Shown: one piece after another, positions 1 to 12,288 of the stretch
Layout of the letters: each line of letters begins with the position of its first letter
How positions within the stretch are numbered: the stretch's first letter is position 1
Origin: Saccostrea cucullata
Lineage: Eukaryota
Length of the DNA stretch: 64,000 nucleotides
Reading direction: 5' to 3'
Assembly: GCF_032062105.1 (NCBI RefSeq)
Contig: NW_026929693.1
Location: forward strand, 62,001-126,000
The notes under the pieces: model-generated
Told to the model about the DNA's origin: nothing
The model's database searches: none
Seen by the model: the letters and a program-made list of their open reading frames with translations, nothing else
Program-made: the position numbers and the translations under genes

Positions 1-1189
1 ATTGAAATCTAACAGAATCATTACATGCATTTTTTCGTTCGCATTAAAAAATACGAAAATAAAACTTTTAAATGTCAATGAAAGACATAATCAAATATTA
101 AAATGAAAATGTATAAAAATATACAATCAAGTTATGGTACCAATGAAAAATATGAAATTAAAACTTTATTGAGGCCACTAATAATGCAAACACACTTTCA
201 GCTAATCAAATATTAAGATTATATTTTTGAAATGATATGGCAAATAAATAAATACAAATAAAATTAAATATCATTAAATCAAATACAGGTACGAATAAAG
301 CTTAGATTGCATGATATACATGTAAACAGGCCATTTTATAGTCCGTTAGACCAAGTATTACACGGGACAGTGTGCTCGCAATAAAAGCATTCTCGTGAAT
401 ATACCGGGTATGTAAAACTTAAGGAAGTTCTAAACACTGATAATGCTTCTTGGATGTAGAGAAAAATATATCTTATAAAGGTGCGCATATTGGAACTATT
501 TAGTTAATTTCAGCATAGGATACCGTCCTTTTTTTCGCAGGAAAAATGTTCAAAGACAATAGATTTTTCGTGAATAGAAATCACTGTTGTTTATCTAAAT
601 AGGGGAAAAATGGGGGAAAATAACCCATTTACTAAATCCTGGTCTAATATGATTCTAAGATTCTTTTAACGCATTAAAATTATGTAATTAACTGTAAATA
701 ACCATTTTTTTCTATTTCACTTTGAAGGGGATATCACACTAAACCCATCTACCCTATAAATATAACTTTTTAATGAGCAGTGTTTAGAGCTTCTTTAAAA
801 TTATATATAAAGTAGTTAACAAAAATCGTGCTTTTTTCTTTCAAATTCTGCTAGTAAATAGATGCTGTCTACCTCGCGAATAAAAAGTGTCGGGAAAATT
901 GATCAACAGTAAGCTACAGTATTCACATTTTCCAAACATGCAAAAATGTTTTTACCATTATATTGATTTTGTTTATCAGTATTAGATAAAAATTAATTCA
1001 TTAATAATTTCATAACATGTTTACTCAAATGAATTTTAACTTGATGCTTATTATACATTATTTTAAAAGCCCCTTGCATTTTTAAATACCTTCATAAAAA
1101 TTTTTTAAGTGCAAATGGACAATCAATAAACGTATTGAAATTTTGAGAGATATATTTGGGAGTTTTCGAAACACTTCTGTATTTTAAAG

Positions 1190-1836
1190 GAGGAACAGTA
1201 GATATCACCGTTTATGAATTACAACCTGATCTCAGCCTAATGGAACTGTACAGAGCTGGTGGAAGGACATGTGGAGGGACTCAGGTAGATGAGGCCTTCA
1301 AACAAATGCTGATCAAAATAGTAACAGCCCCCATCCTCGTTGAGTTTTCCCGCTCACATACAGCTGATTATGTGAATATGTATCGAGAATTCGAAATTAA
1401 GAAGCGTTCCTTTAAAGGTGACGCACAGGGCAAGGTCACCCTAAAAATTCCAATATCCCTGTTGGAAACTTTCGAAGAGAATACAGGGGAATATATAAAA
1501 GAGGCAATAGAGAAAAGCAAGTATTCAGGAAAAATCACATTGGTAGGGGACAGATGCAGAATAACAGCAGAAGTGATGAAGAGCTTGTTTGAAGTGGCAG
1601 GAGATCAAATTGTGGATCATGTTAGAGACCTATTAAAGAAATCGGAGATCTTAGGAATCAACAACATTATAATGGTCGGAGGATTTTCCGAGTCACCAAT
1701 TCTACAGGACATGATCAAGCAATCTTTTCCAGATATGAGAGTTATTATTCCCCCCGAGCCAGGGCTTGCAGTTCTCAAAGGGGCGGTGCTGTTTGGACAC
1801 AAACCTGTCACAATTTCTTCTCGCATTTCCAAATAA
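1190..1836 (+). CDS. HSPA12: HSPA12-like (HSP70 family 12) terminal exon, C-terminally truncated; upstream exons lie outside the window
   Basis: Phase-1 acceptor at 1188-1189 (ttttaaag|GA GGA ACA GTA GAT). Motifs GGTVDITV, CGGTQVDEAF, IIMVGGFSES and LAVLKGAVLFG. Stops at SRISK*, where HSPA12 proteins normally continue. Confidence 0.88.
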
Positions 1837-1960
1837 AGCTAAAACTACAGTCTACCTTTATCCAAGCATACGAATAGCTGAATAGAAAAAAAAACTATTC
1901 TGAAATATGAATGAAGATATATGTCATCAAATTAAGTCAGTTTTAAAGACACAAGTTTTC

Positions 1961-2110
1961 GCATTTTCACAAAGGGACAGTGCTGTTTGGACAAAAATTT
2001 GTCACCAATTGTTCTGGCATCGCGAATTTAAGATTCTACAGTCAACTTTAATCCAAGTTTTCGAACAACTGAAAAGGAAAAGACATACTGAAATCTCACT
2101 GAAATGTCAT
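1961..2110 (+). repeat. Degenerate tandem copy of the HSPA12 exon end and 3' flank (1768-1915)
   Basis: aaagggacagtgctgtttggacaaaaatttgtcac...ctacagtcaactttaatccaag mirrors aaaggggcggtgctgtttggacacaaacctgtcac...ctacagtctacctttatccaag. Confidence 0.75.
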
Positions 2111-2325
2111 AGAAATAAACCTGTATTATAGTCATACGTTTTAGCATTTTTTGTACTTTTTTTTTTACGAATTTCGAACCTTGAACAGGAGGAACCCTAA
2201 AAGTAGGGTTTTTAAAACAGTTGTTTAAAAAATATGATTTAACAAATATTGTCTATAAATTTTATTTCTAAGTTTGCTTAATGACATAAAGAAATTTTAT
2301 CACGTCATTAGTCATTTTACGTTTT

Positions 2326-3730
2326 AACAAGAGGCCCACGGTCCTTATAGGTCACCTGAGTATATGTAACAACTTTCCAACAATTGAATTTGGTTTGTGT
2401 TTTAAACCAGAGGCCATGAAATTCTGAAAGTTTGGAAAGAAGCATCATTGCTTATCATAATAATAAACTAAGCATGCTTGCTTACTCTATTTACTTAAGA
2501 CCCAGAGGTAGATAAGAATAACAAAGAGAAAATGCACTTCCACTTTATAACCAGTTGTGCACCCCAAAGTAACCACTGACCCTGGGGCCAAATATTTAAA
2601 AAATTTGAAAATTTTATCATAAATTTCATTTCATCATAAATGATTGATTAATACCAAAGAGCCGATGTCAAAGCATTCATTCACTATGTACCCACCCCCT
2701 CCTCAATTTAGGAAATTAACCATTTTGCTATATGCACCTTCCTTCATCCTAAATATATAAACTTGGATCATAAGCATAATACCCAAAGTAAAGAAAACGA
2801 TTTTCAAAGAATAAATGTATTTTCAATATATAATCAAAAGAACCCCCCCCCCTTACACCAAATGGCAAAAACCCTGAAACAAGGGTCAAGAAATTCACAA
2901 ATTTGAATGAGGCATTATAACTATATATTAAGTTAGTTTATTTCATACCCAGGAATAGAGAAAACAACGTTGAAAGAATTAATGCATTTTCACAATATGA
3001 TCAATAGTGCCCCGCCCTAACACCAGAACCCCTGACCCTGGGGCCATAAAATTCACAATTTTGGAAGAGGCACTCCTGCTCATAATAACTATAATTACTT
3101 AGTTTATTTCATACCCAGGAGCAGAGAAGAAGATTTTCAAAGATTTAACGCATTTTCACTATGTAATCAATAGAGCCCCGTCCTAGCACCAGAACCCCTG
3201 ACCCTGGGGTCATAAAATTCACAATTTTGAAAGATGCACTCTTGCTCATAATAACTATATATTTAATTAGTTTATTTTATACCCAGGAGCAGAGAAGAAG
3301 ATTTTTAAAGATTTAATGCATTGTCAGTATACAATCAATAGAGCCCCACCCTAGCACTAGAACCCTGACCCTGGGGTCATGAATTTCACAATTTTAGCAG
3401 AGGACTCAATGTTCATTACATTCACACCAACAGTTTGCCTGATGTCCAGGAGTAAAGAAGAAGATTTTTAAACATTTCATTAATTTTAGTGATTTTGGCC
3501 CCACCCCTCAGGCCCCCCCGGGGGGGGCACCATCAAAATCACAATTTTTGTTCCCCTTCAACCATAGATGCTGTATACTAAATTTGTTTGAAATTGGTTC
3601 TGTGGTATCAAAGAAGAAGCTGAAAATGTTCAAATGTTAACACACGACGGACGACGGACGTCGCACGACGCATGATGACGGACGAAAACGGATAGCAATA
3701 GGTCACCTGAGCGACTCAGGTGACCTACAA
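2326..3730 (-). mobile_element. Non-autonomous Helentron-associated (HINE/pearl-like) element with internal 166-168 bp satellite array
   Basis: Terminal palindrome taggtcacctgag-cga-ctcaggtgaccta (3699-3727); matching subterminal taggtcacctgag at ~2348; (gacg)n microsatellite ~3645-3685; repeat units anchored at 2834, 3001, 3167 and 3335. Confidence 0.8.
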
Positions 3731-3794
3731 ATTAATGATCCCTCTCTCGGTAGTAAACGAAACGAAACAAGTGCCGTTAACATAAAAGTAAAGA

Positions 3795-4395
3795 GTAAAA
3801 TTTCCAAGTATGAAACAGATGTTTCAGACTGTGATATCTTTCAACTCAAGCTCACCAGGATATATCGTATCGGCATAGGAATGGAAATTAACATTGCTAA
3901 ATGACAATACGTCGTCGATATATCTAAATGTCGAGTTGAAAGCCACAGCAGGTGTTCTCTTCTTTTCACGCATAAGATTTTGCACTTAAATTCTGCTTCA
4001 TATGAATACAAAAATAGGTCTGCTAATAATGGAGCGCAATTGGTACCCATGGGAATACAATAGATTGTTGGAAGACCTGGTCTCCAAAACCCACATAAAT
4101 TTTGTCAATCAGAAACTGAAGCATTTTCTTATGTAAACTTCAGAGTACCTGTGTGTGCAATCAAGAATGTGTTTTTAACAAAATAATTTTGAAAATGGCC
4201 AATGATCAGGTTAGTAGATCCGTGATTTTCATTTCAATTGAAAAGGCAGCTTACAATGACATCAAAGAGGCTGGACTTTAATTAATCGTGGGGAATGGTT
4301 GTACTTTTTTAAGCTGTTGATTTTGGTAAAATCTTGTGATTTCAAATTTTCCAAAAGTTCTTTTGAATTTTTTAGTATTCACATCTGATTCACAT
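3795..4395 (-). mobile_element. Penelope-like retroelement reverse transcriptase fragment (decayed)
   Basis: Minus-strand remnants QM*ILKNSKELLENLKS, DCTHRYSE, MGTNCAPLLADLFLYSYEAEF and FRYIDDVLSFSN, with frameshifts. Confidence 0.8.
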
Positions 4396-5149
4396 AAATT
4401 CTCGAATTTAGTATCCCTACGAGAAAGATAAATGCACTGATGAACGCCAGGTACAGGAGAATCAATATTGTAACATATACGTATGGGAGACAATGGGAAT
4501 CTTTATATTCGCTTTTGAGGGTATCGTTATTTAAGGAATCATTGTCTAGTTAGTATAGTATGCCAGGGCATCAACGCTAGTGGGAAACATGGGATAATTT
4601 GCATAACGGTCGAAGGATTCCTTATATTTTCATTTCATTAGACTTTAAAAATGTAGACATAGTATTAAATGACACAAGGACTTCCGTGGCAATTTCAATA
4701 GTCCTCGCCCACTGACGTCAAACATATAGGCAGCCGAACGAGATTTACATGCATATTTGGCCTCCTTAGCGTCAGACACAGAGACAGATGCGCACGAGAT
4801 TTGCATTCATATTAGGCCACCTTAGCTCCTGACATGTTGACCTGCCTAATTTACATTCCGGCAGATTTATCAAGAAATAAACCCGACAACTTTCAAAGAG
4901 TTATCACAAACAAAAAAAATTAGAAATGAAAATATATGGATATCAATAACTCATGAATTATGCAGTCAAAATGACATAATAAAATTTAAATAACGTTACA
5001 ATACTGGAAAATTCCTAAAAAATATTATAGTTTTAAGGATGTAACCGGAATTCCAAAGGATGTGATACTGGCAATATTTTGAAATCAATGTTCTTTAGTT
5101 GTTCTTTAGTTGTTCAAAAACAATGATTTAACAAATAATGCATGTATAC

Positions 5150-5561
5150 TTTGGCCTAGAGGAGCTGATTTACTTGACACTTACAACATTTTTGTGACGT
5201 CATCTTTTGTTAAACCTGGTGCAATAAATTTGTTATTGACCTGCATCCCGTCCAATAAGTTACCTGTATGTGTCCAATAAGATTCAACTTATTGGACAAG
5301 TACAGGTAACATTCAAATGAGAACAAAGGGCGAGGCGAATAAGTAAACAGCACTTAAAAGAAATTGACACATCAAACAATTTAATATGAACAATGTAGGA
5401 AATTAGTAGCGTTAAATGTTAATATTACATAAAATATCCTATTAAAAATGGCACAAATAATCCAGTGAATTGAATGTTTCAATGTTCCGCATTTAGCACA
5501 ACATTAAGCTCACAAAGTTCGAAGTTCGAAACCTGCACACAAAAGAGAAAGTGTTGCATTT

Positions 5562-5594
<33 letters not shown>

Positions 5595-7420
5595 AAAAAA
5601 AACATCAGAAATAATCTCCCAAATTTCATAGAAAATGCTTTAAAAACAGTTGTTTGAGTAAAATCTTTCAAATCCTATTGCTTTACAAAAATTACCTGTT
5701 AACGGGAATCTGTTTCTTGTAAATTCCGAAACATCAGAATATATATCCGGATTTCACAGTAAAAACTTGAACTGAGGCATCTTGGTGCAAACGATAAATG
5801 GCATCGTCACAACACCCGATTCTGAAGGTCTTTTTTCAAAATTGAAATGTACGTCGTCATCCGTGGTCGTTGCGTTGTAAAATGAATAAATTGTATAGAA
5901 TTTAAAAGAACTGACTTTTACGCATGCGTAGTATATATAAAAATGTCGCAATGCGGATAAATAAGACTAAACAAAGTTAATGTTCAAATCAATCGATATA
6001 AAACACCTCTCGATGATTCCTACTATGTAAAGGTTATAAGCCAAAAACTGTCCATTCTGTGAGAAGAAAGAACTGTTGGAGGGCCGTTAGGCCCGACAAT
6101 AGTTCTGTTCTTTTTTCTCACAGAATGGACAGTTTGAGGCCTATAACCTACTTAAAACATTTACCCTATTGTGTTCATAATGTACTCTCTTAGAACTTTT
6201 TCTCATCCATTGTATTAAGTAACCATTGTCTACTTATTGGACTGTCTCAGGTGAAGGTTATTTACAATCAAAAGAATCTTGTATTCATTGTAATTGTTAA
6301 CTTAGTGGACAGTTAAAGGTAAGTGCAATTTTTAAACAACCGACTAAAGAAAATCGGGTTATTTAATCACAAGGCATGAGACTCAATCACCATTTTGTTG
6401 TGATTGTGAATGTTGAAAGCATGTCTTCTTCCAAGGAAGCATATTTTGATGCAAAACAACTTCAGATATGAAGGGCAATGCAAATGTTATTCTCGTGATA
6501 TTTTGAGCCTAGGATTGTCAAGAAAATGAACTTTGAGCTCAAGGTGAACGCTTTATATTCAAATATTTCTCAACTTTTGGGCAAGGGCTTTCGAGGCTGC
6601 AGAAAAGCAAAGGAATTGTCGAAAGATTTCCGAAATTTAATCAACAATATTCAGACGACTTAGAAGAGGATAATCAGAGCAGAAAGTAAACGGGTAGTTA
6701 TTGTTGTCAGGAGCAGTGATATCCCCTCGTGTGCTGTTGGTGCAAACTAATTTCCAATAGAATTCGGGAGATATTTCCTTCCAATTTAAGGTTTGATAAT
6801 CAATGTGAGTTGGAATATACATTTCATCATTTATTGGAATGAAACTCATTTCAGTTTTTGATTCTGTCACATGGAATGGATTATTTGATTACACAGTGAA
6901 ACATGTTGGATTAATTGCCTGAAATATATTTACATGTATTTGTATTTATTTGTCTTGTGTTTTCTTAATCCAGTGAGTTACCTGTAGCCATCCAATAAGT
7001 TATTGAAAACTGTCCATTATCTTTAATTATTTTTTATAATGGACAGATTTTCAAACTTATTGGACAGCTTCAGGTAACTTATTGGACTGTTTTGAGTCTT
7101 GCAAGAAATAGAAAGCATTAAAAGAACAAAAGATGATGTCATACTAATGTTTTAAAAATAAAGACAGAAGAAAAACCAAAACTGGTTTTCTTTGGCCTAA
7201 CTTGATGAACGGTGCCAGGTAGTCATCCAAGCAGAACGAGACCTTACCTGTGACTGTCCAATAAGTTAACAATGGAAGTGTTCGACAGTGGTGAAATGTT
7301 TTAAGTAAGTTATAAGCCTCAAACTGACCATTATGTTAGATATAAGACTCACCTCGGCGCTAACGCGCCTCGGGTCGTCTAATATCTGACATAATGGACA
7401 GTTTTCGGCTTATAACCATT
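5150..7420. mobile_element. Degenerate non-autonomous DNA element(s) with inverted arms and two ~110 bp foldback hairpins (6032-6148, 7309-7416)
   Basis: gtccaataag/cttattggac motif clusters at ~5250-5310 and ~6980-7090 in inverted arrangement; hairpin arms ggttataagccaaaaactgtccatt...aatggacagtttgaggcctataacc. Confidence 0.55.
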
Positions 7421-7849
7421 ACATATATCTGAAGCAATTGATTTATAGATTGATTTAAAAATCCAGTTAACGGCCCTTGATCATTACTTTTTAACAAGTA
7501 TTATGACCAATGACGCCATAAAATTTTTTAAATGCCTTTCAGTAAATGTCAGAAATATCAGTTTACTGTTCTACACAGTAATTTTTACACCATTGTTTTT
7601 AAACTGCTTTTGTCGGGAATATATATGTAGTTGTTTGCCTGACCAATCAATGATGAGAATTGTTGTTATTTTTGAAAGCAATATGAGCTGCAAATTTTAA
7701 GTATGATTTTTGTTGTTGCAAAATTGTAATTAACTATTTCATTGACAAAAAACCAAACATTTATAAGTCCTGTTGTTCATATTTGCGATGGAAAACCCAT
7801 TTATAAGCTTTGATTATACCCCTTTCTCATTTGTAAACTAAACACTTTT

Positions 7850-9425
7850 CGTTAGCCATAATTAAGAGTTGATAATCCTAGTTTATCGTCGTTAACTAAA
7901 ATTCACACTCGTAAACTATAGTTAAGAGTTGTTAAATATAGTTTATAAATATAAATACCTCTTAACTGTTAATGATACATGTAGTTTCAATTCAAAATTT
8001 CGACGCATCAATAGCGAGAAGCAATAATAAATGTGTGTCATTGCCGTAAGAATTCTATGTGAAAAGGAACAACAAATCCTGTTCCATGTAAACATAATTA
8101 CGTCATAGTAATTTCTATTCTTTAAAATATTTAACAATAAGTTAATTTTTCAGCAACTTGTCTGATTATTCTGTTTTCTTTGAACATCGCAGAAGGTTTT
8201 TTCGAATTGCTTAAAAATTATAAACATTTACTTTTAATGTCAATAGGAATATGCATGCATATATTTGACAGCCACTGAAAATAATCGTTGCGTTGCATGG
8301 CAAAGTAATGTGTTGATAGCGATGTGACTAGGATCTTTTGATCCATAATAAAAAAAAACTACTGTTAACCATAGTTTCTATGATGGTTACCTATGGTTTT
8401 TAGTTCCACCGAAAATTGCGCATCTCTGATACAAAATAAGAATTTCTGTTCCATAACTGTTTTCAATTTACATTTGTTAAGTATAGTTTAGAGATGTAAA
8501 TCACACAAAGGATGATGAGAAAATTAGCGAACTAAATCAATTACTTCAATACAAAAATAAAATAATTTCTAAGATTTCATTATTTCTCAAAGTTGTCCTA
8601 CATATATCAAATTTTAATGCACACCGTTTGCACATGCACGAAACAAGTCTAATCGCTTTTTTTTGTCATACATTATATGTTTAAAGTCTAAAGAAACAAT
8701 ATTTTGTGAATTAAATAATTCTATTATAATTGAAATATTCAACTATTTTTCCATAACAAATTGCTTAACTAAGAACATCTCTTCCCCAGCTTGCTTCCAC
8801 TGGGCTACAGAATAAATATCGTTTTCAAGCATCTCCCTTCCTTCTCTAAAACAATCAATCCGATTAATGATTGACTTCTGACAAGTCTCTTGTCTTCATA
8901 TTGTACAAATTATTATATTTTACTGCTTAGGAATTTCCAAGATATACGTCAAACTCTAAAGCCGACCTTTGCTCGAGAACGACAGAGTCAACCGTTTTAT
9001 GTAACAAGTCACCTACATATTGAATCATTTTCAAATTGTGACGTCATAAACATGGAGCAAAACGTTATAAAATATTTTATATTTATAGAGAATGTGTATG
9101 ACTACTAGAGTATATGTGTGCAAAATTTTATTCTGATATAGAGTTTGAGTTTTTGAATATAGAGATAGGCACACGAACCTTTCGATCACCACTCGTAGTT
9201 TACAAATCGTAAAACTATATTTATCAGAGAAACGATATTTGCAGTTGCAAATGATTGTTTTCAATGTTAATTATAGTTTAAGGTTATAAAACATAGTTTA
9301 TAGTATGGACTATAGCTTACAGACGTAAAATGTATAGTTCACATTGTTAACTGCAGTCCGTAAACATAGTTAACAGTCGATAAACCTAGTTTAAATTATC
9401 AACTTGAAAACAATAATTAGCTCAT
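7850..9425. mobile_element. Old TIR DNA element with aactatagtt-type subterminal repeats
   Basis: Left agttgataatcctagtttatcgtcgttaacta vs the reverse complement of the right end agttgataatttaaactaggtttatcgactgttaacta; repeated aaactatagtt/aaacatagtt motifs at both ends. Confidence 0.5.
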
Positions 9426-10240
9426 TTCTGTAAATTAATCGTGTGATATCATCATCTATTACATGTACATTTGAGTTTTTATAGATAAAAATCGATGACC
9501 GATTCCATTCTTAAGCATATTTGTTTTGTTTTTTTTTTATCGAGAAACAAATTATTTCCTCTTTATGTCTTAAATCCTGGTTTATTCGAAGAATTAACAA
9601 AATAACGATTTTTCCTCTATATGAAAGATTAGTGACCCATGCCCACGACCTTATAATCTAAAATAAAGTAAGAATTTTAATCAATTTTACGATGAAAAAG
9701 TAGTAATCTATTAAGAACATTAATTATATAGCCAATACCACATTGATTATTTGATGCGCCATATTTTCGCCTCATTCTAGTAGACTAAAATTTGGTGAAT
9801 GCAAGCTAAAATTTTATTCAATATTAATTTTACAACACAAAAAGGATAACTCTCTTTGCAATAGGTAATGTATATTTAATAGAGATTTCTTTGTGATAAG
9901 AACGGGGTCCATTGGTGGACGGAAAAGAAATTGCACTATTTGAAGGTATTGCTTTACATACTCATTTTCTTTACTAGATATAAATAATCTATATACCTGA
10001 TATTAGATTTGGATTTTTGAGTTTTTGAAATATTTATAGTGAAAAAAGGGGAGTCATATTTGTCCATCTACAATGAAATTAATGTTTTAACGACAGTCTG
10101 CATATCTCCAATAAAAGTGTCCTACAATTTTTGTGCTGATGATTCAATGATTCAGTATCAAGTGATTTATGAGGACATTAAAAAAATCAATAAGATAAAC
10201 AAATAAAGTACATTTGTACCTTTAACCTTTTAGATTTATT

Positions 10241-12117
10241 ATGGTTCCCATTAGGAGTGCGCAAGATGTAATCCGATGTGACATTTGTGAGACAGTTATA
10301 GTACAGAAGTACTGTGATTTCTGTCACGCGGGTATGTTGAGGAAGCATATAAGTCATTTCTCGGAAAATTTAGACTTTTTAAAGAAAATTAAGTTTGATA
10401 ATTTACCAAAACCTCTGAAAAATGTAAACTGTTATTAACTATTGCGTACAGGTAAAAGAGTGTCTAATGCAAAGACGTGCACCACCGCCACGGGATCACG
10501 TGACTTCTATTAATAGCAAAATTTTCCTAAATAAAAAAGCTAACAGAACAACAATATCCCGGAGTTTAATAATTTCTTTTACTAAATAATATAGTTGAAA
10601 AACATCACTTTTTCCTAAAAAGAGCTGCTAGAATCCCACAGTCTTGTCAGTAAAATAATTATTCCACACATTCACATGAAACCTTACCCAATGTTTTGAA
10701 TTTTTTGCATATGAACCGAGATTTCTCGTAAAACAATGCTTAACTCGGGATTCTAGCAGCACTTTCCAAGTTTGTCATAAGGCAAACTTTCCATTGATAC
10801 AAATCTTTTGTTTTGAAATATCCAGCTTATTGTTGTTTTGTTGCATTATTTTTGTCACGAACGACAGAGGAAACGCCGACCGGTATACGTATACAGCTGA
10901 CTTTTTTCGAAAGAGAATATAATCGATGAAAATAAATTATCATACCTGTTTATTTAACTGAACTCCATATGAATTTTACATAATGTCCACGATATTTCCT
11001 TTAAATCTCAATTTTACGTATCTTTGTACATGTCGTCTTAGCCAAATTCTCTTTACACGACATGATCTATTCCCAAGTTACTTGATGTACACATATGACG
11101 TCATCGGTGGTAGAATTTAATCGAAATGACAGATACATCATAAAGAAATAAAAACATTTTATTTTTGTTAATGTTTACACTATTCTATTCATTTTCTAGA
11201 GTTAAATTACATCTCTAAATACCAATACAACGAAAAGTTTTGTTATACAATTGACGTCATCTCACCGACTATAACGTCATAATGTAGCACTGCTTTAGTC
11301 AAGGTAGAATATTTTGTATGCTTCCTTATCACCCCTGCGCACGTCAATCTGCGCATTCCTTGTGTAGGAAAACATATTTCTGATGACTATGACAAACATA
11401 AAGTGGTCCCATTCCGACAAAAAAAGTCAACTTTAATTTTTCGTAAGTGCACAGCACATCAAACAAGAGACAGTGAGTTTCACTGTGAAACATGCGAAAC
11501 CTCTGTGTGTTCGTTGTGCACTATATCTGATAATATAAGGGACATGTCATTTTAACTCTTTCTGATCTCTTTTATCCAAAGAGGAAAGTTATTAGAAAAG
11601 ATGCTGAAGAATTAGAAAACTTACTTTCTCCAACGTATGCAGAAATTGCAAATGAAATAGAAACCCAGATAGCTAACTTAGATGGGGAATATGGTAATCT
11701 TACAACAACGTTGATCAAATGTGGAGATGAATGGCACAGAGAAGTCGACTTAATTGTCAAGAAATTAAGAATTGAAATAGAGAAAGAAAAATCGAAGCAT
11801 TATAGTATTCTAAAGGATCATTTGAAAGAAATTAAACAGATACAGACTATTATTGAACAAACACTTCTAAATCTTGAACAATTGAAAATTCAAATGATGT
11901 ATCGTTGACCATGGAATACATCTCACGAACCAAGGAATTAAGCAAACTGCCTCCAAAAATTCAAGTATCACTACCAACTTTTAGTTCAAGGACAATAGAC
12001 ACAGAGCAGTTTTACAAGTTATTTGGATGTTTAACACCATTATCCACCACAACAGAGGAAAATGGCTACAAAGTGAAGAAACCAAAGATAACGACAAAAG
12101 ACATGCTGGAGGCACGG
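10241..12117 (+). pseudogene. B-box/B-box/coiled-coil TRIM-like gene copy 1 (no NHL domain), interrupted and frameshifted
   Basis: MVPIRSAQDVIRCDICE...YCDFCH [insertion 10327-11339] VNLRIPCVGKHISDDYDKHKVVPF...CETCETSVCSLC, then coiled coil and LPPKIQVSLPTF. Frameshifts near 11530 and 11885, with substituted B-box Cys. Paralog of 19572-23529. Confidence 0.88.
10327..11339. mobile_element. Non-autonomous TIR DNA transposon with 2-bp TSD (EnSpm/CACTA-like) inserted in the first B-box
   Basis: Ends cgcgggtatgttgaggaagcatataa / ttgtatgcttccttatcacccctgcg; CA duplicated at 10325-10326 and 11340-11341; removal restores TGT CAC GTC AAT (C-H-V-N). Confidence 0.8.
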
Positions 12118-12288
12118 GTAAGTGGTGTCATTTTAACACAGTGAACACATTATTTGATCCCCCAGACATTGATACATACATTCTGATCTTTTGGGATTTC
12201 TTTCTTCTCTTCATTCTTGTTTACTGTATTCTCTGGACAAATCAATTCTCGGATAAGAAATCCTTATGATGTTTTTTTATCCTTTCAG

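Noticed and set aside
1907-9264. Numerous 60-90 aa ORFs here and across AT-rich introns
   Set aside because: No motifs, low-complexity composition, mostly within repeats; consistent with chance.
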